From: an uncultured Blastocatellaceae bacterium
GTDB lineage: Bacteria > Acidobacteriota > Blastocatellia > Pyrinomonadales > Pyrinomonadaceae
Assembly (NCBI GenBank): GCA_964516695.1
Contig: CAZEZJ010000001.1
Coordinates: 7,241 to 49,362, forward strand
Length of the DNA: 42,122 nucleotides
Direction: 5' to 3'
Every line of letters starts with the position of its first letter. The stretch's first letter is position 1. The translations under genes and the position numbers were made by a program. Under the pieces are notes generated by a model. The model was given only the letters and a program-made list of their open reading frames with translations, made no database searches and was not told the DNA's origin. Positions 28,092 to 36,072 of the stretch are shown here, piece by piece.

Positions 28092-28160
28092 AGATGAACG
28101 GCTGATGTCGGTCTTCGCCGGGTATCAATTTTGATGAGAGTCAGTTAATTAACAAAACTC

Positions 28161-28613
28161 ATGCGCTCAACACCCAAAGGTCAACGCGGCTTCTCGTTAA
28201 TAGAAGTTCTCATCGTCGTCACGATTATCAGTATCCTCGTGGCGATAGTGATTCCCTACCTGGCGCAGGCACAACAGTCTGCGCGCGGCGCTTCCGCCAT
28301 CAGTTCGCTGCGCATTATCTTGTCCAGCGAAGCATCCTACAGGGCCATCAATAGCGCTTACGGTGATATGACGGCCCTCACAAATGCTAATTTAATTAGC
28401 GATCCCGGCATCAGGGCCGGACGCAAGGACGATTACCTCTTTGCGATTACTGTGGGCGATGCCGTGCTTGGCGATGCCACGCAGTATTACAAGGCGACGG
28501 CAACACCCGCCACTTCACCCGCGCGTTGGCTGCACTACTTTGTGGATGCCAGCGGAGTGATGCGCTCAGAGCAGGGCGCGCCTGCGACCACCGATAGCAC
28601 CCCGCTTGATTGA
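28161..28613 (+). CDS. Type IV pilin-like protein (prepilin N-terminal cleavage/methylation motif)
   Basis: Leader MRSTPKGQRG|FSLIEVLIVVTIISILVAIVIPYL with Gly-1, Phe+1 and Glu+5. 150 aa. Confidence 0.85.
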   Translation: MRSTPKGQRGFSLIEVLIVVTIISILVAIVIPYLAQAQQSARGASAISSLRIILSSEASYRAINSAYGDMTALTNANLISDPGIRAGRKDDYLFAITVGDAVLGDATQYYKATATPATSPARWLHYFVDASGVMRSEQGAPATTDSTPLD

Positions 28614-28808
28614 AAATCGTTCCACCGTTTCTCTCCTCTGCTTTGCACCCGTTCCTCCGCAATATTGACGTAAAGCGTCACACGCGCACTGACAAATTTC
28701 GGCAGAGCGGCGCTCTGCTGCCTGTGCGCGTCAGGTCAAAGGCAAGCGACTAACGAGAGATTCCCGCATTTTCCGCCTGTTTTTCGCGTTTTCGACCTTT
28801 CCCAAGTT

Positions 28809-28824
28809 GCGGCACGCTGTTTGT
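28809..28824 (+). promoter_or_regulatory. Probable sigma54 promoter upstream of the second pilin gene
   Basis: CGGCACGCTGTTTGTT against TGGCACG-N4-TTGCW, with two mismatches (T>C at the 5' end, and GC>GT at -12). It lies ~115 nt upstream of the ATG at 28941. Confidence 0.45.
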
Positions 28825-28940
28825 TAAAGAGACTCGTGACACATCGCGCACAGCGCGGCCAAGCGACCTGAGACGAAGCCGATGGCGCGAACAAACTTCT
28901 AACACTGAATTCACCCCTGCTTAAGGAGCACCTGAAAGAC

Positions 28941-29483
28941 ATGCAACAGAAAAAAGGCCAGTCTGGCTTCTCTCTCATCGAACTTTTGATCGTCGTCGCG
29001 ATTATCGGCATCATCGCCGCCATCGCTATCCCCAACCTCCTTGCTTCGCGCCGCGCCGCCAACGAAGGTTCGGCTCAGCAGTCACTGCGCACCATCCACT
29101 CCAGCGAAGCCACGTATCAGGCGACTGCCGGTAACGGCAACTACGGCACGTTGGCCCAGCTTGGTCCAGATGCGACCCGCCCGGGCGGCGTCGCCGGCGG
29201 ACAGAACTTGATTGACGGCGTGCTCTCGAACGCGACCGCCGCTGCCAGCGCCAAGAGCGGTTACATCTACAGTGTGACGCCTGTGGCGGCTGTGGCTGGC
29301 GTTTCTCTGGCACAGTTTCACGCGACGGCCAACCCCGGCGTCCCCGCGGCTGGCATTATGCAGACCGGCACGCGCCGCTTCGGTATCGCTGAAGATGGCG
29401 TCGTTCGTGGCGGCACCGACAACCTCGGCACGGCTTATACCCGCGTCCTCTTAGACACGACGGCTTCAGCCATCGGCAACTAA
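28941..29483 (+). CDS. pilA: Type IV pilin, likely the major pilin
   Basis: AAGGAG RBS. Leader MQQKKGQSG|FSLIELLIVVAIIGIIAAIAIPNLLASRRAANE. 180 aa. A strong terminator follows. Confidence 0.8.
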   Translation: MQQKKGQSGFSLIELLIVVAIIGIIAAIAIPNLLASRRAANEGSAQQSLRTIHSSEATYQATAGNGNYGTLAQLGPDATRPGGVAGGQNLIDGVLSNATAAASAKSGYIYSVTPVAAVAGVSLAQFHATANPGVPAAGIMQTGTRRFGIAEDGVVRGGTDNLGTAYTRVLLDTTASAIGN

Positions 29484-29512
29484 GAACTTCTGACTTGAGG
29501 CTGAGACCTTTT

Positions 29513-29557
29513 GCGGGGGCCGGAGTTTTCCACTCCGCCCCCGCATTTCTTATCTTC
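29513..29557 (+). terminator. Rho-independent terminator after the pilin gene
   Basis: GCGGGGGCCGGAGT / ACTCCGCCCCCGC (13 bp, one bulged C) with loop TTTCC, then ATTTCTTATCTTC. Confidence 0.75.
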
Positions 29558-29615
29558 AGTCGCCGCACGCGACAGCAAGCTTGCTCTTAAACTGTTTACC
29601 TCGCAGAGACGCCAG

Positions 29616-31622
29616 ATGAACCCGCTATCCTCAATCAAGAAAGCCGCGCGCGAACCGCTCTCCATCATCGGCTCGCTCTGGGCCATCGCGCTGCTCGCTC
29701 CCTTCGCGCCCGGCATCCCCAAGCCCGCGCTCAGCGGTTTACCCTATCGTCAGGAATTAGTCATCGCCACTCTCTTCTCCCTCACGCTCCTTTTCCTCGC
29801 ACGCCTCGCTTGGCAGAGACGCGACTCGTTCGTCAGCTTCAGACAGCACGAACTGAGCCTGCTGCTTCCCCTTGGTCTCTTCGTTTTATGGAGCGCCGCC
29901 TCTACCCTTTGGGCGAGCGCGGCCTATCCGGCGCTTCATCACACATTCGTCTGGGCGGCCTACCTCCTTTTCTTCGTTTTGTTGCGCCGCGTCGCAGAGC
30001 GTCCAAGGTTGCTGCGCGCATCGTTGCTGACGCTCGCGGCGGTCATCTCAATCTTAAGCGTCTCCTGCATGATTGAGTTCTGGGGCGCGCCAAACGCGAG
30101 CGGCGTTCGCACGGTCTCGCTCTTCCGCTACTTCAATGGCTTCGGTGAAATGCTGGCCGTCGTCATTCCTCTCTTCGCGGCGCTCTCGCTCAAACTCAGG
30201 CCGACGCGCGCAGCCTTGCTCTGCGGAGCGACCGCCGTCGTCGCGTGGCTGGCGATGTTGCAAGCATTAGAACGCGCGCCCATCATCGGCGCAGGCGTCG
30301 CCCTCATCGCCCTCGCTTTCATCTCTCTCGTCCGGCGCTCGTTTAGGCCCCGCAGTCTGCGCCGCGCCTGCCTGCTGCTCGCGGCCTTCGCGCTTGCGAC
30401 GGCGCTGCAAGTTCTTCCTTCTCCACTCACACAAGGACGCTCTAGCACCGTCGCGCGCCTGCAATCGACTTCCATCTCGGAGCCGAACACGCAGGTTCGC
30501 TTCCTCTTCTGGGGCATTGGCTTGGAGATGCTGCGCCAGCACCCCGTCACGGGCGTCGGCGCAAACAACTACGACGCGGCTTATCCGCAAGCGCGCGCGC
30601 AATTCTCCGTTCGTCATGCCTCATCGCCGCTCGTGGCGATGCACGAAGAAATGATTGTCGAGCGTGCGCATAATGAGTATGTACAAATACTGGCGGAGCT
30701 GGGCATCGTCGGCTTCGCGCTCTTTCTGGCTTTCTGCGTCGCGCTCATAATTGCCGCGTGGCGTGCGCTTCGATATTCGCGGAGCGCGCTGGCGCCCGGC
30801 GCGTGCTGTAGCCTGATTGCGTTTGCGCTGAGTTCCGGCGCTAGTTCGGCATCTTTTCGCTGGATGGGAGGCGGCCTGATTTTCTTCTTCGCCGCCGCGC
30901 TGGTCTCACGCTTCGGCGCGCGTCAAACGCAAACGCACCAGCGCACCTTTAAGTTAATTCTCGTTCCGGCGCGTCTCGCCACCGCCGTTGCGCTCGCCCT
31001 CGCGCTCTTGATGCTGGGCGGTAGAGGTGCACAGGCCGCCAGCACCCTTTTGCATGGCGCGGCGCAGCGCTGGGCCAACAGCCCCGCTCAAGCCGAACAG
31101 TTTTTCCGTGGGGCGCTGGCCCTGAATCCCTTTGACGCCGCCGCACACTTTGATTACGGCCTCTGGCTCTACTACGAAAAGCGAGCGCGTGAAGCCGTGC
31201 CGCACCTGCGTTATGCGACCGAGCGCGGCATCAACGCTTCCGTTTGTTACGCTTATCTGGTGGCTGCCGAGGCTGGCTCCGGTGACACGGCGGCGGCGGC
31301 AGCAACGCTCGCTCACGCCGTCAACGTGTATCCGCGCTCGGTCTTCCTGCGCGTGCGCCATAGCGTTGCGCTCAAACGCGCGGGCCGCGCTGAAGAAGCC
31401 GCCGCAGAGTTTGACGCCGCGCTCTCGCTTGACGCGCGGACGGCGCGCGGCTGGCTAGAATTAATGAACGTCGGCGTGGACGAAGCCAAAATCACCGCTC
31501 ACAATGATAAAAGCGTGGCGATGCCTGGCGAGTTGTATCCTGAAAACTGCATCTTCGCCGTCATCGACGAGTTTGAGCTTTCCCGCTTAGGGCTTGCGGC
31601 GAGGGCCGAGAAAGTTCGGTAA
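29616..31622 (+). CDS. O-antigen ligase (Wzy_C) family polytopic membrane protein fused to C-terminal TPR repeats; candidate pilin O-oligosaccharyltransferase
   Basis: ~10 hydrophobic helices. Wzy_C-type motif ERAHNEYVQILAELGIVGFALFLAF. The C-terminal ~200 aa are TPR-like. The ATG at 29616 is chosen because the TTG at 29511 lies inside the terminator. Confidence 0.75.
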   Translation: MNPLSSIKKAAREPLSIIGSLWAIALLAPFAPGIPKPALSGLPYRQELVIATLFSLTLLFLARLAWQRRDSFVSFRQHELSLLLPLGLFVLWSAASTLWASAAYPALHHTFVWAAYLLFFVLLRRVAERPRLLRASLLTLAAVISILSVSCMIEFWGAPNASGVRTVSLFRYFNGFGEMLAVVIPLFAALSLKLRPTRAALLCGATAVVAWLAMLQALERAPIIGAGVALIALAFISLVRRSFRPRSLRRACLLLAAFALATALQVLPSPLTQGRSSTVARLQSTSISEPNTQVRFLFWGIGLEMLRQHPVTGVGANNYDAAYPQARAQFSVRHASSPLVAMHEEMIVERAHNEYVQILAELGIVGFALFLAFCVALIIAAWRALRYSRSALAPGACCSLIAFALSSGASSASFRWMGGGLIFFFAAALVSRFGARQTQTHQRTFKLILVPARLATAVALALALLMLGGRGAQAASTLLHGAAQRWANSPAQAEQFFRGALALNPFDAAAHFDYGLWLYYEKRAREAVPHLRYATERGINASVCYAYLVAAEAGSGDTAAAAATLAHAVNVYPRSVFLRVRHSVALKRAGRAEEAAAEFDAALSLDARTARGWLELMNVGVDEAKITAHNDKSVAMPGELYPENCIFAVIDEFELSRLGLAARAEKVR

Positions 31623-31674
31623 AGCTTTCGTTCGCAGTCGTTGCGGAAATATCGTTTGCGAAAAAGAATCCGCC

Positions 31675-32592
31675 ATGAGTACTATCTGCACGTCTTCTGA
31701 GATTGAAACGACACGAGGAACATCAGAGATGACGAACGGCGTGGCACCGTCAGCCGCGACCGCCAGCGCGGAGCAGGCAGCAGATTTGCAATCGGCTTCC
31801 GTGCGGCGCACAACCGGCTGGCGACGCATTGCCACCATCGCCCGCAACGCTTTTCGTGAAGCGGTGCGCGACCGCGTGCTCTACAATCTGGTGCTGTTCG
31901 TGCTGCTGCTGACGGTGGGCGCAATCTTTCTCGGTGAACTGTCGGCGGCGCAGGAATCCAAGATTATTATTGACCTCGGCTTAAGCGCCATCCTCATCTT
32001 CGGGGCTTTCATCAGCATCTTCGTCGGCGTCGGGTTGGTTTACAAAGAGATTGAGCGCCGAACGATTTACGCGATTTTCGCGAAGCCCGTGGGCCGTGGC
32101 GAGTTTCTGGTCGGCAAGTATTTGGGTCTGTGCCTCACCTTGCTGGTCAACGTGCTGGTGATGGGCGCGGGCGTCTCCATTGCGCTGCTCTACGTCGGTG
32201 GCGGCCTCTCTCTGGCCTTGAGCATTTGGCCCGCGGTGCTTTTGATTTACGTCGAGTTGATGATTCTAACGGCGGTCGCGCTGCTCTTCTCTTCGTTCTC
32301 TTCGCCCGCGCTCTCCGCGCTCTTGACCTTCTTCGTCTTCATCATCGGCCACTTCAGCGCTGACCTCAAAACTTTCGCGGCCTCTATGGGAACACAGAGC
32401 GCACGCTGGCTCTTCACCGCTCTCTTTTACCTGCTGCCCAATCTCGCCAACTACAGCTACATCACTCCGGCGGCGCACGGAAAGCCGCCATCGCTCGCGA
32501 TGCTGGCGGCAGCTCTCGTCTACGCTCTGCTGTACATCACTGTCTTGCTGGCGGCGGCCACGCTCATCTTCAATCGCCGCAATTTCAAATGA
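31675..32592 (+). CDS. ABC-2 type transporter permease
   Basis: N-terminal ARNAFREAVRDRVLYNL motif, six hydrophobic helices, and YAIFAKPVGRGEFLVGKYLG. The start at 31675 avoids overlap with the previous gene. Confidence 0.75.
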   Translation: MSTICTSSEIETTRGTSEMTNGVAPSAATASAEQAADLQSASVRRTTGWRRIATIARNAFREAVRDRVLYNLVLFVLLLTVGAIFLGELSAAQESKIIIDLGLSAILIFGAFISIFVGVGLVYKEIERRTIYAIFAKPVGRGEFLVGKYLGLCLTLLVNVLVMGAGVSIALLYVGGGLSLALSIWPAVLLIYVELMILTAVALLFSSFSSPALSALLTFFVFIIGHFSADLKTFAASMGTQSARWLFTALFYLLPNLANYSYITPAAHGKPPSLAMLAAALVYALLYITVLLAAATLIFNRRNFK

Positions 32593-33551
32593 GCACTGAA
32601 GAGACAAACACACATGAGACGGTGCGCAGAGAGGCACGAAGGCAGAGCGTGCTGCTCTTTGTCGTCATACTGCTTGGCCTCGGAGCAGTCGTCGCGGTCA
32701 GTCGTTGGATTGAACAGCATCGCCCGCCTGTTGATGTTGCCTTAGAGGAAGAGAAGCTCTACGTCACGGGCGCTGCCGCCAAGCGGATGAGCCTGAACTT
32801 CAACGGCCTCATCGCCGATTGGTACTGGATGCGCGCGCTGCAATACGTCGGGCGCAAGATAATCAATCATCCGGGCGACGTTCAGCTTGACGATTTACAA
32901 GCGCTCGATTTGAAGTTGGTCTACCCGCTGCTCGACACGGCGACCACGCTCGACCCGCAGTTTACAGCCGCCTACGAATACGGCGGCGTCGTGCTTCCGG
33001 CCATTAACGACGAAGACGCTATCAGGCTCTTGAGAAAAGGGCTGGACCACAATCCGTCACACTGGCGCTTCCATCAGTATCTAGGTTACATCTACTGGAA
33101 GCGCGGTGATTTTAAGACGGCGAGCGCCGTCTATGCCGAAGGAGCGCGCATTCCCGGCGTGCCGCCTTGGATGCAGCAGATGAGCGCCCGCATGGAAGCA
33201 GAGGGCGGCAGCCGCGCGATGGCCCGCGAGATGTACGGGCGCATGATGAATGAATCTGACGACGAACAGGTCAAAGAGATGGCCGCGCGGCGCATCCTTC
33301 AGGTCTACTCGTTCGACCAGCGCGATGCGATTCGCCGCGTGCTCGATGAGTTCAAACAGCGCACGGGTCGTTGCGCTTCCGGTTGGCGGGAGGTTGCGCC
33401 GCAACTGAGCGCCGCGCGCCTCCCCGACGGCTCTCGTCTCCAACAGGATTCCTCCGGCGCGCCGCTTGACCCGTCCGGTACTGCTTACCGTCTAGTTAAC
33501 AATGGCTGTGATGTAGACCTGGACCCAGGCTCGAAAGTACCTTACAAGTAA
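32589..33551 (+). CDS. Membrane-anchored TPR-like protein
   Basis: The ATGA overlaps the permease stop. One N-terminal TM (VLLFVVILLGLGAVVAV). Helical-repeat region (HWRFHQYLGYIYWKRGDFKTASAVYAEG). Confidence 0.6.
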   Translation: MSTEETNTHETVRREARRQSVLLFVVILLGLGAVVAVSRWIEQHRPPVDVALEEEKLYVTGAAAKRMSLNFNGLIADWYWMRALQYVGRKIINHPGDVQLDDLQALDLKLVYPLLDTATTLDPQFTAAYEYGGVVLPAINDEDAIRLLRKGLDHNPSHWRFHQYLGYIYWKRGDFKTASAVYAEGARIPGVPPWMQQMSARMEAEGGSRAMAREMYGRMMNESDDEQVKEMAARRILQVYSFDQRDAIRRVLDEFKQRTGRCASGWREVAPQLSAARLPDGSRLQQDSSGAPLDPSGTAYRLVNNGCDVDLDPGSKVPYK

Positions 33552-33565
33552 TGCAGGAGTCATTC

Positions 33566-34504
33566 ATGTCGGCTGTTGTCGAAATCGAAAATCTGACGAA
33601 GGATTATGAGGTTGGGTTCTTGCGCAAGCGCAAAGTGCGAGCGCTTGATGGCTTGTCGCTCTCGGTTGAGGGCGGCGAAATCTTCGGTTTTCTCGGCGCA
33701 AACGGCGCGGGCAAGACGACGACGTTAAAACTCCTGATGCGTCTTATTTATCCGACCGCAGGACGAGCGCGCATTATGGGGCGCGACATCAACGATGTCG
33801 GGATGCACGCGCGCATCGGCTACCTGCCCGAAAATCCTTACTTCTACGACTACCTGACGGCGCGCGAGCTATTGGAATACTTCGCGGAACTCTTCGGCTA
33901 TGGCAAAAGCGAAAGAAGACGCCGCGCGGTTGAGCTTCTCTCTCAAGTTCATTTGGACGAGAAGAGTTGGGATAAGCAGTTGCGCAAATTCTCGAAGGGC
34001 ATGTTGCAGCGCGTCGGGCTGGCGCAGGCCATCGTCAACGACCCTGAAATCGTCTTTCTTGATGAACCGATGAGCGGGCTTGACCCGGTCGGACGCCGCG
34101 AGGTGCGCGACCTGATAGCGGGTCTTCGCGCGCGCGGCAAAACCGTCTTCATGTGTTCGCACATTCTCTCGGACATCGAAGTGCTCTGCGACCGCGTGGC
34201 GATTATGCGGCGCGGGCGGTTGGCGGAAACGGGCCGCCTCGAAGATTTGCGCGAGCGTGCGGGCGAGAGCGGGCGCGTCGAAATTCTCGCCGCCGGCACA
34301 AACGCCGAAAGCATCCTTCAGGCGATGCCGATTCTCGAAGACTGTCACATCACGCCGACCACCGTTGGCGCGCGCATCGAAGTCGCGGACGAACGCGACG
34401 TAGACGCCGCGCTCGCCGCACTCAGGCAAGCAGGAGGCCGCTTGGTCTCCGTGCAACCTGTCAGGCAATCACTCGAAGAGTTGTTCGTCCGCGAAACAAC
34501 GTGA
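33566..34504 (+). CDS. ABC transporter ATP-binding protein
   Basis: AGGAG lies 7 nt before the ATG at 33566. Walker [10 protein letters not shown], signature FSKGMLQR, Walker B IVFLDEP. The alternative ATG at 33551 overlaps the previous stop. Confidence 0.9.
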   Translation: MSAVVEIENLTKDYEVGFLRKRKVRALDGLSLSVEGGEIFGFLGANGAGKTTTLKLLMRLIYPTAGRARIMGRDINDVGMHARIGYLPENPYFYDYLTARELLEYFAELFGYGKSERRRRAVELLSQVHLDEKSWDKQLRKFSKGMLQRVGLAQAIVNDPEIVFLDEPMSGLDPVGRREVRDLIAGLRARGKTVFMCSHILSDIEVLCDRVAIMRRGRLAETGRLEDLRERAGESGRVEILAAGTNAESILQAMPILEDCHITPTTVGARIEVADERDVDAALAALRQAGGRLVSVQPVRQSLEELFVRETT

Positions 34505-34551
34505 GGGCAGAAAGGCGTTTAAAGTTGAGCAGGGGAAAAGGCGCAAGGGTC

Positions 34552-35250
34552 GTGGGCCGGAAAGCAATCGTGCTGCTAGCTTGTTTTTTGTCTGTCACCT
34601 TTGATTCTTTGGCCCTCTCAAACTTGGCCCACCAAGTTTACGCCGCGAACGCTCTTTCGCGTCAGGATGAAGTTGACCGTTTGATTAATCTGCTGGAAGC
34701 GCGTTACGGGCGGATGCGTGGATTGGCGGCTGAGTTTGAGCAAGTCTACCGCGCCAACGGCACGCGCGAACGGCGCGAGCGTGGACGCCTGTTCCTGCAA
34801 CGCCCGCGACGTATGCGCTGGGAATACGACCCGAAGCCCGGCAAGCTGTTCATCGTCAACCATCGTCAGGTTTGGTTCTACGTCGCCGCTGACCGCGAGG
34901 CCGTGCAGGCTGACGCCGCTTCGGTTTCCGACGAGCGCTTCCCCTTTCTTTTCCTGCTCGGCCAGACGAATTTGCGCCGCCAGTTTCGCTCCATCACGCT
35001 CGTCAATCAAGAAGGTTGGCCCACAGGGACGCGAGAGCTTCGACTCCTGCCGCGCAGTCGTGCCGGAGGATTGCGCGAGATTTTTCTTGAAATCTTCACG
35101 GACGGAAGAATCTCGAAAGTGCGGCTGGTAGACGACGCGGGCGCAACCTCGGAAGTAAGCCTGACGAACGTGCGGGAAAACTTCGTTGCGCCGCCGGAAG
35201 CCTTCGAGTTTCGCCCGCCGCCGGGCGTGACCGTGAGAAGACAAAAATAA
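34552..35250 (+). CDS. LolA-like (outer-membrane lipoprotein carrier family) periplasmic protein
   Basis: Signal peptide VGRKAIVLLACFLSV...VYA. GRLFLQRPRRMRWEYDPKPGKLFIVNHRQVWFYV matches the LolA fold signature. The start is uncertain (GTG 34501, TTG 34525 or GTG 34552). The upstream part of ORF 34153 overlaps the ATPase gene and is not coding. Confidence 0.65.
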   Translation: MGRKAIVLLACFLSVTFDSLALSNLAHQVYAANALSRQDEVDRLINLLEARYGRMRGLAAEFEQVYRANGTRERRERGRLFLQRPRRMRWEYDPKPGKLFIVNHRQVWFYVAADREAVQADAASVSDERFPFLFLLGQTNLRRQFRSITLVNQEGWPTGTRELRLLPRSRAGGLREIFLEIFTDGRISKVRLVDDAGATSEVSLTNVRENFVAPPEAFEFRPPPGVTVRRQK

Positions 35251-35392
35251 GAGCGGCAAGCCCCTCGCAAAGCCTGCCGCCTGCTTTATCCCTTCCTTCA
35301 CAAAAGGAGGAACACTCCCACGCGCCGCGCACTATATCACCACTCTAATTCACCGCCAAGAGATTTCTCTTCTCTACAATAAAGCATCCCTT

Positions 35393-35917
35393 TCACTTGA
35401 ACTTCACGCCCGTCACTTCCATCTGAATATTGGCGCGAACGTCCGTCTTGCTGAAGCCTTCGATGACGATGGCGACGGGCAGCGTCTTGTTGGGTTCGAG
35501 TTCCGTGACGTTTTTCCCGGGATTGGGTAAAACGATGACGAAGCGTTCTTTGATGGGCTTGCCTTCGAGGTCAACGACTGCGGCGCGCATCTCTAGGCCG
35601 TTGATGGTCCGCCCCGTAAAATTGCGGACCGTGGTGGTCAAAGTCATCACGATGTCACCGACGACGCGCCCTCCCTCTGTGGCTTCAGGCTCGTCAACGC
35701 CGATGCGCTGCTTGACCTGTTCGAATTCGGGCGCGCCCGCGCGCAATGCTCCCTCAAGGCGCTGCTGCGGCGGGCCTGTATAAGGAGCAGGGGCGGGCCG
35801 CGTCTTGATGTAGGCGAAGAGACCCGCAATCAAGAGCAGGCCGATGATGGCGGAAATGATAAAAGGCGTGTTGCGCGAGCGTTCGCGCTTGTTGATGTTG
35901 TTTTCGGTGGTTGACAT
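35393..35917 (-). CDS. Hypothetical membrane-anchored protein
   Basis: ATG at 35917. One TM (PFIISAIIGLLLIAGLFAYI) followed by a ~130 aa beta-rich domain. No recognisable motif. Confidence 0.5.
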   Translation of the reverse strand: MSTTENNINKRERSRNTPFIISAIIGLLLIAGLFAYIKTRPAPAPYTGPPQQRLEGALRAGAPEFEQVKQRIGVDEPEATEGGRVVGDIVMTLTTTVRNFTGRTINGLEMRAAVVDLEGKPIKERFVIVLPNPGKNVTELEPNKTLPVAIVIEGFSKTDVRANIQMEVTGVKFK

Positions 35918-36072
35918 GATGCGTCTCTTTCGTTGCCCGCCCAAGCTCTTTTACGCTTCGTCAATTAAGCACGCGTGACGGTCTGCGAGGCGCGTGCTGC
36001 GTAAAAGTTTTAGACACTTAACGAAGCCGGAATGTTCCACACCGATTGTACTTCAATCCGGCCTATTTTCCA

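Noticed and set aside
28665-28721. Small palindromes TGACGTAAAGCGTCA (28665-28679) and GCAGAGC-GGC-GCTCTGC (28701-28717) between the pilin genes, considered as PilR upstream activator sites or as a terminator.
   Set aside because: The stems are only 5-7 bp, there is no T-tract, and I cannot recall a PilR consensus they match. They are too weak to call without comparative data.
34153-34551. The N-terminal ~130 codons of ORF 34153-35250, which overlap the ABC ATPase gene.
   Set aside because: This part is Arg-rich nonsense in an alternative frame of a bona fide ATPase gene. Only the part after the ATPase stop has a signal peptide and LolA-like sequence.
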